A stretch of 64,000 bases of DNA from Phyllosticta citribraziliensis (GCF_038025025.1 NW_027117347.1:1612001-1676000), one strand, 5' to 3'; shown: positions 1 to 13,079, counted from the stretch's first letter. The notes: a model not told the origin generated them from the sequence alone. A program made the numbers and translations.

Positions 1-1063
1 CTTCAACACACCAATCGTGTCGATTGTCGTGCTTGGCTCCACGCCCTGTAGATTTCCAATGCTGGTAAAGTTGTACCGAATATCTGGAACATCCGTGTCT
101 TCGGCCTGCTGTCTGTCAGCGCAGTCCTCCCTCGCCAGATGAATACACACCTTTTCGACGATGCTGTCGTTCTGGAAAGTCAGCTCGTAGTCATTGTTGA
201 GATTCGAAAACATCTTCTTGGCCGGTTTGACGCTGCAGTTGGAAATATAGTAGACCTGGCCCTTTTCAAACACATTGTACAGCATGTCACACTGTTCCTT
301 GAACCCGGTTGCACGAATCTCGCCGCTCTCGTCGAGCAAATTGACGCTGAAGAGCTTTCCCTCGCCGTTCTTGTTGTGCCATTCTTTTATGTCGCTCTTG
401 AAGGTGCAACGAGCCTTGATGGTCCACTTGTGAGCATACGGGGATAGAGCCTCGATCGGGTAGAGCTGAGCGAGGCCGGAGGGTGCAGTGGACGGAGTAC
501 GAGTGGTCGCTGCGGGCGTGGGAAGCTGGCCGTTTTGTCGGTTGCCATAAAAGTTGTTGCTAGAGATCTCTGCCGGCTGTGGCTTCTCCTCTCTCTTAAC
601 TTCAAGGGTAGTGTCGAGAGGCTTTGGCTGGCCAAGCTTCTCAAGTTCGCCGTATTGATCGAGAACGTCGAGGTCGAGTACGACGAGGATCCTGTGTCGT
701 GTCAGCGATGAATTTGATTTCCGCGTTGGGCGTCTTACTTGCGGTCCTTGATGACTTGGGGGTTGAACTGCTTGAGGCGGATGACGGAGCCCTTCTTCAA
801 CGCTCCCGACGTGACGATGTTGTTGATTTCTGCGCGTTTGTTAGCAGATCCCAACAGGCAGGACGGTGAGGCCTACGCTGTGCCAGCATGCTCTGGATGA
901 AGTTGTCCATGTCGCTCAGAACGACGCGATATCTCTCCTCTCCGTTCTTGGAGTCCATGGCCTTGATCTGCACGCATTGTAGGATGGGATTTTCGACTTG
1001 GTCCGGGCCATCGACGAAAATGGAGCGCAGGGCTCCGCGGGTGATGGCGCTTTCGGCTGTCAT
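1..1063 (-). CDS. RFA1: Replication protein A 70 kDa subunit (5' part; continues beyond left edge)
   Basis: ATG at 1063 gives MTAESAITRGALRSIF...PILQCVQIK...ERYRVVLSDMDNFIQSMLA (RPA70 N-terminal OB fold). The spliced frame continues into DBD-A (YPIEALSPYAHKWTIKARCT, GKLFSVNLLDESGEIRATGF). Introns at 830-876, 692-738 and 106-150, all GT-AG with branch sites. Confidence 0.95.
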
Positions 1064-1162
1064 GGCGGCTCTTCTGGTGGATTGACAGTTGTCGAGCAGG
1101 CTTTGGAGAGGGTTGGTTGTCGATGGGGTGGAATTTGGTCAAGGTGGCGGACGAGGTGCAGA

Positions 1163-1190
1163 GAAGACGCGCTCGACGCGTCTTCGCGTA
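1163..1190. promoter_or_regulatory. MCB-like element (ACGCGT) inside a 9-bp inverted repeat upstream of RFA1
   Basis: GAAGACGCG-ctcga-CGCGTCTTC, with ACGCGT at 1176-1181 and further CGCG cores, about 110 bp upstream of the RFA1 ATG. RFA1 is an MBF (G1/S) target in yeasts. Confidence 0.5.
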
Positions 1191-1381
1191 AAGCGATGAG
1201 TCGGCGAGGCAGCCGCCAAGCCGCCGGGCTTCTAGACCTGATTCGGAAGGACCCCGGCCCGTCGACCCCGTCACCCCGCCATCAGGTCCGATCGCACTGG
1301 ACGTCCCCGGCCCTGCGTCATTGCATGTGCCCTCTGCTTTCAGACCCTCAGATCGACTTCAATTCTCAACATCGAAAAATC

Positions 1382-2827
1382 ATGGCGGACCAAGACCTGG
1401 CCACCAAGGCGCCCGAGGTTGACGCGCAGGAGGACTCTGAGCAGCCCCAGCCCTCCATGACTGTGAGATTCTCAAAAGCCCCATGCCGGCAATGGCTAAC
1501 GCAGCTCAGGAACATTGCACTAGTGATCGGCCGACTCGTACGTTGAGGCCCTCGCAAAATGCATTGACAAGTGCTAACAAAGTGACAGCCGCCGGAGAGG
1601 TCCCCACGGGCGTACGCTTGATCCGCCCTTGATTGCTGTCCAAAACTTACGTGCAGTAGGAACTCACCAAGCTCAATGGCGTTGACGTAAGTTGCAACAT
1701 CTGAACTCTCGACCTTGCTAATGGGTACAGGTCTACATTGCAAAGCCCAGCGATTACCCTCATGCCCCGTCCAAGCTGCTGCTGCTCCTCACCGGTGGCA
1801 CCGGCCTCAAGTCGACAAACAACCAATTGCAGGCGGACAAGTTTGCCCGAGAAGGCTACTTGGTGGTCATGCCCGATCAGTGAGTCCTGACGTTCGGACA
1901 AAGGACGAGGCCGGATGGCGAAAGTCGTGGCACATTCAGTGCAGTCCGGCGAGTTGGAGCTTAAATGCTCCCTGTCTGCTGCCCTACTCGCAGCGTGCGC
2001 CACGACTGTTGCTATGGAACCTCGAAAGCCACAAAGCTGACTATGTGCAAGGTTCGAGGGCGACATAGCACCCAACACCATCATGCCCGCTGAGGAGCAA
2101 CCCTCGTGGGTCGAGCAAATCAAGCTGGCGGCCGCCCAAACCACCAAGGCCTTCCTCATCGACATGTGGCTGGCGCGCCACACGCCCGAAAAGGTGCTTC
2201 CACTCCTCCACAAGGTCATCGAGGGCGCAAAGGAGGAGTTTGCAGACGCCATTGCCAACGGCGGCGGCATCTACGGAGCCGGCTACTGCTTTGGCGCTCG
2301 CTACATTCTCATCCTGGGTGGCAAGCATGCACACCCGGTTGCCGGGGGCCAGGACAGTAAGCCGCAGGACGATGTGGAGCAGGGCGTGGTTGACAAGGGG
2401 CCGGAAATCAAGGTCGGAGCTGTCGCGCATCGTAAGTCCTCGCATCACGCATGCGGTGCTGACGCTGTGCCACCAACGCCGCTCCGATTGCTAACCACAT
2501 TGCCCCAGCAACCGTCGTGACAAAGGAGGAGCTCGCAGCGATCCAGGTGCCCGTCTCGCTCGCGCTGGTCGACAACGATCCAGTGTTTCCCGACGACGTG
2601 GTCAAGGCTGGCAAGGAGGCGTTGGAGAAGAACGGCGTCGAGCACGAAATCAAGACGTACGCTGGTGTCCCGCACGGTAATAACTGCCCCAGATCACTTT
2701 TTTGCGATTTCATCGTCTGACCTTGTCGCCAGGCTTCGCGGTCATTGGTAGCTACGACGACCAGAACATTGCGTCGGAGCAGCAGGTTGCTTTTGAGCAG
2801 ATGTTGGGATGGCTGCAGGCCCATTGA
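1382..2827 (+). CDS. Dienelactone hydrolase family protein (7 exons)
   Basis: Exons 1382-1462, 1510-1537, 1589-1611, 1660-1686, 1731-1878, 2052-2431, then two 3' exons would make eight segments by my reading; the count is approximate. Motifs VYIAKPSDYPHAPSKLLLLLTGGTG, ADKFAREGYLVVMPD, nucleophile GYCFG and TYAGVPHGFAV. Stop TGA at 2825-2827. Confidence 0.9.
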
Positions 2828-2874
2828 TGATTCGTTCAGAGCAGCAGGCCGCTTCTGAGCAGATGTTGGGATGG
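2777..2874 (+). repeat. 36-bp imperfect direct duplication spanning the DLH stop codon
   Basis: GAGCAGCAGGTTGCTTTTGAGCAGATGTTGGGATGG (2777-2812) versus GAGCAGCAGGCCGCTTCTGAGCAGATGTTGGGATGG (2839-2874). Confidence 0.9.
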
Positions 2875-3445
2875 TCGCGGATAGTTGCAAATGATATACC
2901 CACGAGGGGGCCTATCAATTGGTCTCTTTGATGCCCATTGATTGAATCTCTAAACACTCGAATGGCTGGTGACGCGTATAGTGTAATGGCAACTAAGTCT
3001 TTTGGTTACGTCTTGAGCTTGCCTCCATCTCTATATCTCACAACAAGGCGACCAAACTTTCATAGTGACTGAGTCCACGCTACGCTCAGTTTCCCCCGCC
3101 TGTCGCAGTTGGGACGCTTCTGGTCTCGAGGTTTTGATAAAGAGCAAGCCCTTGTAGCAAAAAATGGGTGCTTGTTAGATTTGTTGAAGTGTTTTTCCTG
3201 GCATGATCTGGCCGGCCCTTTCCGTTTGCCACTGCTTCATTCTCCAAGTGATACCTTACGCCGTGCCCGATTTTTGTGATGGGATGTAAGTAAGTGGGCC
3301 CGTCTACTTGCGCCGTCTTGCCAAACACTGCAATGCATAGCGGGGACATTTGATGTCGTCCACGCCAGCCTACCTACCTACCTACCTACCTCCCAAGGAA
3401 CCCCAAGCACCTACACACGCCACGCCCCACGCCAACGCAATCAAA

Positions 3446-4670
3446 TCAAATCAACTCGACGTCGCCCCTGACAACCCTCTCCGCAACGACGCTCCACCTC
3501 ACAACGAGCACATCGCCGCGGCGCAGATCGACGTCGCGCACCTCGTCCTCGACGGCGCCGACGGCGACGACGCCGCAGTCGCGCAGCACGCGGCAGAAGA
3601 CGGCGGCGTCGGCGTCGGGCGCGTCGACCATGCTGATGCCGCCGGCCTTGTCGTCCAGGCGCTGCAGCTGGGGCGGGAATTGCGCCAGGAAGGAGGCGGC
3701 GTAGTGCGAGGAGAGGAGTGTCTGGTGCTGGGAGAGGTATTGCCGCTCTGGGAGCGAGAGGCGCGAGAGCGTTGAGGGTGTTAGGAGGGTGTGGTGCGGG
3801 TGTTTGTCGATCTGGACGTGGGTGGAGGTCAGTTGGCTTTGCTTTGCGACGTGGGCGGAAGGGGGAGGAGGGTCAAACGCACCTTTGCTATCCGCGCGCG
3901 CAGAAACGACCGCACGAGGAACTTGAAGCGCTCGAGCTCCGTCTGGTACAGTATCAGGCGGAAATTGGCCTTTGGATCCATATTGCCCGTCTGCTCTTCG
4001 ACGAGCTCAATCTGCACGTGTGGCAACGGTGCGTTAGCCTCTGGGTTATTGGGCGATCGACCAGCAAGTAGTCTGGTGGTTGTCTCTTCTCTCTGTCTGT
4101 GTGTCTGTGCTGCTTGTTCTATTTCTGGCGCTGGGGGGGTGTCAAGCGTGCATGCAGATGGATGGATTGCTGGATGGATGCGACAGATGCCACCACCCGC
4201 CCGCCCGCCCGCCCTTTCTGGTCCTTCGATCCATCCCGCTGGCTGCGCGAGTGGACTGACAATTCCTCTCCCGCTCGCGAGTGCGTCTGACACTGCCACT
4301 GACACGGCCGCCGTCTCTGGCTCGATTCACTCTTGTTTCCGGGCCATTCCCAGCCCACCGACTGACTCCCTTTCGATGGCATCAAAACAGGAAAGACAAT
4401 GAAAAGTACGTATTCGGACAAAACATCCATCGGCAAAGCAGCATCAGAAGAACAAGTCCAACATACCTGTCCCCGTATCCTCCGCATCACCCTCTCCATC
4501 AAGTCCTCCGGCCACGGCAGCACCTCTGGAGCCACGCGCTCGGCGACCCAGCGGCGCGTCAGGTCCTGCAAGTCTGCGGCGGCCGAGGCGGCGTCGGGCA
4601 GGCCGCCAGCGGGCCTCGTCTGCGCCGCAAAGGTTTGGTCGACGTCGGCGAGGATATCGTCGATTTCCAT
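3446..4670 (-). CDS. SLD5: GINS complex subunit Sld5
   Basis: [11 protein letters not shown]...[53 protein letters not shown]-terminal [14 protein letters not shown]...[12 protein letters not shown]...GDVELI*. Intron 1 is 4012-4466 (455 nt); intron 2 is about 3812-3882. Confidence 0.92.
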
Positions 4671-6064
4671 GGTTGGCTGGCTGGCTGGCTGGCGGGCCAA
4701 TGTGGGTGCGGTTGGACACTACCGGTAGTGCAGTTTGACGGATGCGGAGCGCGCAGTGACGTCGGGGAAGTGGTACGTCAATTGCAGGTCCCTCTGTGGG
4801 GTGGTGCGCTGGATGATGGATCGTGGGGCGGGCCGCTGCTGGTGCTGCGCTGCGCTGCGATGTGCTGCGCGAGAGCGCGGTACGGGACGTAGGAGCTGCG
4901 ACTGCGTTGGGCTAGGCGCGTGAGGTGCGCGAGTGTGGGGTAAGCAGCAAAGCCAGGCCGTACGTGCGTAACGGAGGTACAGGAATGGTGCGTCGTCTGT
5001 CTGTCGTCTGAGAAGGCAATTCGGTTCGTAATTGAAGTCGAGGAGGACGACGCGACGGGACGCGCGCAACCACGAGCGGGCATGGTCTAGGCGCCCGGCG
5101 GAATCTGGGCGGAGCGGAGCGGAGCGGAGTAGAGGAGGCGGAATCGGCTCGCCTACAGCACCCTGGGTACTCCCTTCAAGTCCCGTTGACCTCGACTTCG
5201 ACCTCGACCTACCCCTGCAAGGCAGCTGTCGGTACCTGACGACACGACCCGGTGTGAGTAAACACAGGCGACCAACTCAACGGCCATCGACGCAGGGATC
5301 CACCGCTGCATCGCGTCGATCCAATTGTCGTCCCATGTCTCGGGCACTCATGGCACAGCACAGCACAACACAACTCATGGCGCAACCCCGCCCTTCACTT
5401 TCGACTGACAATTGTCCATTCATGCCTCACTCACCCGTCCAAGTAGCAGCAACACGGACAAGGATGTGACATTTTTGTTTTACGTTTTCCCATGTTTTAT
5501 CGCTTTTGATTTGTGCAAGGCAACACAAAACGAGGCGAGACGGGACGGCAGGCGGGAGGAGGGCAACGGACCAGCGGACAGGGAGGCCGCTGGCGGGCTG
5601 GCGCGAGACTTTTTTCTCGTCGTTGTCGTCGTGTTGACTCACTCGTCCCCCCCGTTGAGCCAACCACGTAACCAGGAGACGACGAACCAGACGACAAAAC
5701 CAACTGACCGACCAACCAACCATGAAGCATCGTCGTCTGGTGCATTGGCTGGCGGCGGCATGGATGCTTCCAGGGGTAAAAGTATTGACGGAGACGGCCG
5801 CCCTCCTCCGCGTAGTGGGGGTTCGAAGGAACTAACACCTTCTGGCTCTCCGGCTGTATGCGGACGGGGAGCATTCAGTCGCTGCTGCTGCGTGTGAACA
5901 AGGGATATCAAGTACCGATCCCCCAAACACCCTCTCACCATGACCCCACGCGCCGCGCCCCTCGCCGCCTAGCTCTCCTCACCACGAATACCGCGCGTGG
6001 TCAGCTCAGTCAGGGAAGCCAGCCCACTACCAGACGTCGACGAGCGGCGCTTAGTGCGTCTGTC

Positions 6065-6092
6065 ACTGACTGACTGACTGACTGACTGACTG
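6065..6092. repeat. (ACTG)7 microsatellite
   Basis: Read directly from the sequence. Confidence 0.9.
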
Positions 6093-8499
6093 GTGAAGCG
6101 CAGAAGTAAATCGAGCCGCCGACCAAACTATATGCCATGTCGAAGTATGAGGATGAGTCTTTCTCCTATACTTCGCTTGCTTTTCCATGTATGATGCATG
6201 CCTCCTACGCGATTATACACCCCATCCCGTACGGCCATGCATTGCAAATAGAACACGTAGAAGCACCTCTCCATCCGTCCATCTAATCCACCAACCAATG
6301 CCCAACCCCAAAGCCCTTCTTTCCCCCGGCTCTCACTCGCTCTTCCTCTTTCTTCCCAAAGAAAAGAAAGAAAAGAAAAAAAAAGACGCAAAAGACAAAA
6401 CACAAAAGCCTCCAAACAAGCATATCCCCCGCCCATCAGGCCGTGACGGCCGACGGGCCGAAGCTAAACTAAAAAAAACAGTAACCTAGCTCGATGCCTG
6501 CCTGCCTCGCAGCCAGCAAGCGGGGAGGACCCTGGCGGCGGGGAAGACCCTGACAGGAAAAAGAGGAAAACCTGGTTACACGCGCTAGGCGCAACGACGA
6601 CTGACTGACTGGCTGACTGCACAAGAAATTGTGCTTGAGGTGAAGGTGAGGAGGAGGATGACGCCGCTGCGGAAGTGGTAGATAGTAGATAGATGATAGT
6701 AAATTATAGATGAATTTATCTCGACGTCTTTTCTCCTTCTCTCTCTCTCTCTTCTCTCTTCCCTGGTTCAACTTCACCGTCACCAGTCATCCACCCCTCT
6801 CAATCCCCCTTATACCTTACGCTTATACTCCCCCTTTTCTCCTCTTCACTCTTCCCTCTCCCTCTCCTGCTCTTCTTCTCTACGACTGCCGCAACCATCG
6901 CCATCACCATGGCTATTCTACTAGACTAACAGACTAAGAGACTAAGAAACTAAGGTGTACGTACGTACGTACTTACGCACTAAAGAGATAAATAGATAGA
7001 TAGAGAGATGAACAAACGCGCGTGAGTGATTAGTCCGCCTCCCACTGCGCGTCCGCGGCAGCACAATACATGCGTGCTTTTCTTTCCACCTCTTCTCTTC
7101 TCTTTTCGTTTGGCGTCGCGTCGACAACGTCGCGATACAGCGCCAACCACCGCTGTCCGGCGACCGATTAACAGACCTCTTCTTGTGCCTTCTCTTTCTC
7201 GCTAGACATTAAAAGATATGAGAGGGATAGGGGCGGGTAGGACAATAGAGAGCATCAAGCGAGACCAAGGCAGAAAGCATGCGAGAGGGGCGGGGCAATC
7301 GAACAGAGCAGAGCAGACAGACAGATAGACGACGAGGATGCAGCAGCAACAAGCAAGTAAGCGAACGAGCGAAGAGATAACCAACCGAATGAATGAGCAG
7401 CGAGCGGCAAAGGCAAAGGCAAAAAGCAAAAGAAACATTGAGTGTGTGGGTGTGTGTGACTGTGGTGTCTGTCCAACTATGCAAAGGCCCTCCGCAGCAC
7501 CTACCCCAGTGCCCCTTTTTCTCTCACTCTCACTCTCACTCTCTCCTTCTCTTTCTCTTTCTCTTCCCCTCGTCCACTCGACTGATCCGTCGTCAATCAA
7601 ATGCCAGGGGCACACGCATGGCAGGCCGTTCATCAGCTTCTGCACACACGCAACCCACGCGCGTCTCCAAAACGATCAAGATTACCGCATAAAGCCCAAT
7701 ACACACAAATGCCCGCTTGCTTTTGGCACACGCCGAACTCGAGGCGTTGTGTGAGAGCCCCAAACAACGACGTGTGATGCAGCACCAATGAGAAAATGCA
7801 TCGAGGAGGACTCGCAAACTCGCCGTTTTGAATGCAGCCGTTGAATGAAAAACAGAAGGGGAAGAAGAGTGGTGGTCGGAAGAGCGTGGAAGCAATTGGT
7901 TGCCTTTGGAGGGGGGGTTTTGAGTCGTGCCCAAGGACCTCAGATGTCCGCGTCGTTTGTTCAGCGGCGGTGGTGATGATGATGATTCTAGAACAAAGCA
8001 AAATGCTGGATGCAGAATGATGATTGATGCAAGGAAAACAAGAAGAGTGATGGAGCTGGTTGCCCGAGGAGTCCAGCTGCCATTGTCGTATGTACAGCTC
8101 GAGTTCTTTACGCGGTCGTATGCCGGATATCGAAAAGGTTGCACCCGAGGGGCGTGGAGTGAATCAACAAGGAAATGCATCGAGACCAGTGGGGTATGAT
8201 CCGGTAGAGCGCCTGAGACGCCAGGCGCCGAGTCGAAAGGAAGAGAGGATCATCCCAGACTAGAAGGTGTATGGTGGGAACTTGTCCGGGGTGGAAATCA
8301 ACAAAGCCGAGCTATGAAAGTCGTCGTCCGAAGGAAATCGAAACCAAAGGCCGTTTCACAATGGAGCCGTGCAAACGCCGAGGAATGGATAAGGAAAAAA
8401 GGTCGAGTCGTGTGTCGCTATGCAGGGGGACGAGAAGGTTAATCAGTAACGCCGTGAAGAGTCCGGATGGATGCCATGAATTCCGACAAAGTTATTCTG

Positions 8500-10384
8500 T
8501 CAGTATGACGCCATCCTCCGCGCGTGCGCGCGACTACTAGCATTAGAGTCATGCATCGAATCCATCGAAGCCATTGCCGGCCGTGAACGACTGGGAGCAG
8601 TCGGGCTGTCTTCCATGTCACAGCCGTGCTCCCCAAATGCAAATGTCTGAGCCCTGCTCAGCTTGACACGCTGCTTGAGTTTGTGCAGGCCTGCTTCGCA
8701 CGCACGCTCGTGCTCCTCAGACTCCATCCGCAGGTAGTTTTGAGGGAAGCAGCGGGGTTTGAACTGGTCATAAAACGACGAATATCCGCCGTGCAAAATG
8801 TACACTTCAGGATAAGTCAGACGAGGGTAGTTGTCTTCGTTAGCATGACGATCGCGGCTACGTATGAACTCGGCCCTGCGAGGCGATTAGCGTATGAAAT
8901 GGATGGTTGATTGAGTGAACCAACATTCGGGGAGCACGCAGCTCGGAGTATTCGCAGTGAAAGACGAGAAGAGTCTTGCGAGGAGTGTCGTAATCCGTGT
9001 AGGGATCAAACAGCTTATCGGCAAGCGCCTCCCTCTCGCAAAAGTTCACCGCACCATCAATGTGGCCTCCCTCATACTCATACTCGAATCGACAATCAAT
9101 GATTAGAGTCTCGTTGTATGCTTCATTATATTGGCCGTTGAGCACGTCAATCAATGTGGAGCAGTTGATACGGGGCAGGCTGTTGGGCTCGCCGTTGGAG
9201 GGCAGTGTCGGCAGCTTGAGTTGCGGCACGTCGTCCACGTCCATGATCGACGCCAGCCCACCGCCAACCTCCTTTTGGTCCGTGTTCATGACGTCGCCGG
9301 GACTCTCAAACATGCTCATGGTTCGGCGAAACTGCTTCCTGGGCCGGGCAGCTCCCGACTTCCTAATGCCAGGCACGGGGGAGCCGTTGCAACGGTTGAA
9401 CATGGACGAGTTGAAGGTGGGGTGGCGGCCGGACCGTGACCGCTCCTGCAGGTGAAAAGAAAGCCTTCGGTCTTGGACGGGCGAAGGCTTGAAGCATTGG
9501 CTCAGCATGTCTGAGTCTTGGCCAGGAGCGCCGCTGCTGGTATTGAACTGGAACGGCATCGAGTTGTCCTTGGATTGCATATTCACAGTGGCGGACGAGT
9601 AAGCTTTGGCACGAGAAAGGGACGGACGGAGTGGAAAGGTGGGCTTCTTGCGTCTGGGGGCACTGTCAGCGTATCCACCCCGGCATAAAGGGTGGACGGA
9701 GGAGTGCCTTACTCGGGCGCCAGCATGGGGCTATCAAGTAGAGGGTTTGGCGGCGGCGAGCACGGGGGATTCATGTCTTGGTCTTGGGGCTCGGGCGTGG
9801 GCGACTGCACTGTAACCCGAGCGACTAAGCCGTGGGCAGGCTTGTGCGGGAGCGGCGAGATGTCCATGCTGTCGTTGGTAAAACCTGGGGAAGATGAGGG
9901 GATTGGCGGAGTAGTGACGCCTTCCCGCCAGTTGTGGCAAGGTGTGGTCGCGCCTTCTAGGACGAGACGAGTGAGCCACAGTCTCTCATGGGGGTAGAAA
10001 TGCAGCATTGTCGAGGCTTACCCTCTGGTTTTTGGAAAAGATTGGCCGTGAAGAGCGATCGCCTCGGGGTGGGTAGCTGGGGACTGTGGCTTGTAAGTAG
10101 CCTGTTCCGTCAAGGACGTATCAAGATACGGGCCGAACGCACCTCTGGTCGATGGTGAAATTTTGGGCCAGATCCGCGGCAAGGCTCACGGTTGGAGACG
10201 AGCCCCTTGCAGCCTTGGTGTTGAAGTAGTCGGCACTCGACTTCTTCATACTCAAATCCTTGAAATTAAAGCTGTTTGCGCCAAGGGAGCTGAAACGGGG
10301 CCGGGTCGACGCAAGGTCGCGTCTGTATCCCCAAGTGCCAGGCGAGGGCGGTGGCTGCATGACAGCCAGCGGTGAAGACTCCAT
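8500..10384 (-). CDS. MIH1: M-phase inducer phosphatase (Cdc25/Mih1/NimT)
   Basis: MESSPLAVMQPPP start; PTVSLAADLAQNF; rhodanese-like catalytic domain IIDCRFEYEYEGGHIDGAVN...FHCEYSELRAPRM...YPEVYILHGGYSSF; ends RRMASY*. Four GT-AG introns. Confidence 0.93.
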
Positions 10385-11229
10385 GACTGCTTTCCAGCTT
10401 GGCCGTGTCCAATTGTCCTAATTGTGGTGTTGTAGAATGTCGGTCGGTGTGGGATGCGGCCGTAATGGTGGTAGTGGGTGGCAGGGTGGTAGCAGAGCTG
10501 CTCGGGTATGGATGGAGTCCGATCTAAGCAATTGCCCAATTGAAGATGGAGGACCAGGACGTCGACGAGGGAATGGCCCGAGGTCGAAAATGAGGACCGG
10601 GAGGAGAGCGGCGGCGGCGACGGGATAAGAGCGTAGGAGGATGTCGGGCCGGAGGAGAGGAGGAGAGGAGGAGGAGGAGGAGGAGGAGGGAGGGGAGCGG
10701 AAAGGTTGTCGACGTCGCTGGTGCGGGCGGGCAGAGGCAGGGCAGGGCGAGGAGCTATGCCTTCTGGAGGGCGGAGAGAGGCAGGAGCGAGATGGGGACG
10801 GGAGGGAAGAAAAAGGCACGAGGAGGTGGTGGTGAAGAGGTGTCGAAGCAGCACAGCGTTACCAGGGAGATGCTGCTGCGGGGGCCAGGTTCGGTTGATC
10901 GCTTGCGCTTCAGGAACACAAGAGAGCAAGCAGGCAAGCAGGGTCGCTGAGGCTGGAATTATGATTGATTATGCCGGGGCAGACCAGGATACACAGCGCG
11001 ATCAGGCTATTATTCCACTCTGCACTGCTAGTTACGGCACTGTGGGTGCGGTGACGATATGGGACTGCATGTTGCTAGCCGGGGCCCCTGCCGCCATCCA
11101 TGGCCACCCATGACCATGACCGTGACAATTGCTACTCCAAACTGTTCCTCCTTCCTGTGTTCCCGCTGGCTCGTCGCGTGTTGAATCTCCTTGCAGGCGG
11201 CGCTGCGGGAGGAACAAAGGAAGTGGGAG

Positions 11230-11249
11230 GAAAAAAAAAAAAAAAAAAA
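11230..11249. repeat. Poly(dA) tract (about A20) in the cdc25/POL5 divergent promoter region
   Basis: Read directly from the sequence. Confidence 0.85.
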
Positions 11250-13079
11250 GGATTTGGACGAAGCAAGACCAGACCTCCCGACGGCGTTGCCAGGTCAGGC
11301 TGCCATGGCCACGGCGCGCACTCTCCCACCTCACCCACCGACCGAACATCGACGTCGGCTCTGGTCTGCACTCGACGAGATGTGCGCTGTCTCACTGTTG
11401 CAATTGGAAAAGCACCACCGACCGCCCAGAGAGCAACCACCAAAAAAGTTGGCCCCCCCGCATTCTTGCTGCTCGTCCTGTAAGTACTGTGTCATCACCG
11501 ATCGCATCTGCGTTGCCACGCCCACTGTCTGCGCCCGGAACAAGTCCCGCCATCGTGATTCGGCCTCTCGTCAGCTTCCCAGGGAATGCCCACGACCGGG
11601 AACATGTTGCTGAGCGACGCCCTGTGCCATTGGCCCGCCGCCGAATTGCCTCTGCCCAAACCGGCCCATTTGCTCTCCTACGCCCCACCCGGTAGTCGAC
11701 GCCTCCAGCGTTTCCCTAGCACTCGGCCAGGTTAATTCTCCTGCGCCCGCTGACAACCGATACGAACCAGGCTCAGCCCTGTTCGCGCCCATCCGCCCCT
11801 CTGCGTGCAATCGCGAGATGTGCACCCTCCCCGGACGTCATGCCTGCATGAGCGTGCGGAGGTGCTCTCGTGCTTTCTGAGCTGATGTGTTGGGGGGTGA
11901 GACAGACACGACGCCTTTGGACACGTCGGTCTGCCCCACGGCAACACATCAAAACATCAAGCTGCCCTGCTTTGCTTTGCTTTCTTTGTGCTTTGCTTGT
12001 GCTGTCCCTACTGTACGTACATACGCGATTCTGGGGAGCAACAAAGGGGGCCTTGGGGCTTGCTCCAACGGGTCCGGCGCGGCGGCTTCACCGGACGAGA
12101 CCCACCACCAGCACCACCAGACTTGTCGACCTGTGTCAGAATTGCAGGGGCTGCCGTGGGAGGTGGTGGTGGGAGCTAGTCTCTGGCTGCATCTGACCTG
12201 GGCTGACCTTTGCGGCGGATGACGCGCCGGGCCAGAGGTAAACAACACAAACTACCGAAAATGCCCATGCTGATGCCGGGTCCCGTGAGCGCGCGTGGCC
12301 CTTCCTTTCCGCCGGCGGGGCCCTTGGCTGTTGTCCTTTTCCGCCAAAGCCAGCGGAAAGTCAAACCGTACACCATCTGACCATCAACTCTGAGTTCGCT
12401 GTCGAGGTCGCAACTTCGTCGAGGCGAGACATGGCGTTTCACACAAAAAACGGCTCTGTCGACCCAGGAGCCGTGCGACGATACACCGACAAGGCGGCGA
12501 ATCGTCGAGTTTACGTTTTGCTCTTCTAGGAAAAACGTTTGCGTCTTCATCTCCGTCGTCCCTGTGCGCACCGCTTTATGCCGACGAGCTCACGGCTCAC
12601 CCCACGTCCTCTTCTCGTCATAAGAGCACCCTGATTTCTCCGTTGCACACGCGGTTGCTCAGCAGTGGGGACCGCTCTCGCCACGGGTCTTTTCTGGAAT
12701 TCTCATTACTTCGCGACTCAGAGTTTGCTGGCCGTGCCCTCGTCGTCGCCTTTGTCGAGCTGCACACGGACTGCAGCTGTTACGAGGTGCTGGCTGGACG
12801 ACCTCGACTCTCTCCGAAGCCACTTCATCAATGGTGCTTGGTTGCTGCGGTTGAGAGCCTTGTGCGCCCCGGTCGTCTCGTCCACCTCAAGCCGAAATAT
12901 GCAATGTGACGTTTACGGCCTTGGTCCCGCATCCGAGGTCTGAGACGGCCCAGAGACAGAGAGTCGCTCACCTCAGGTGCCAGCCGGAGCAGGGTGCCAG
13001 GGTCCCCAACACGACGCACAGTCCATCCCGGACTAAGGTAGGCCCGTCCCGGTCCCGTTCTGCTTCGCCCGTCGATCCC

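Noticed and set aside
4900..8450. Many short ORFs between SLD5 and cdc25
   Set aside because: They are low-complexity, microsatellite-derived translations without coding bias or recognisable motifs, and no transposon hallmarks are present.
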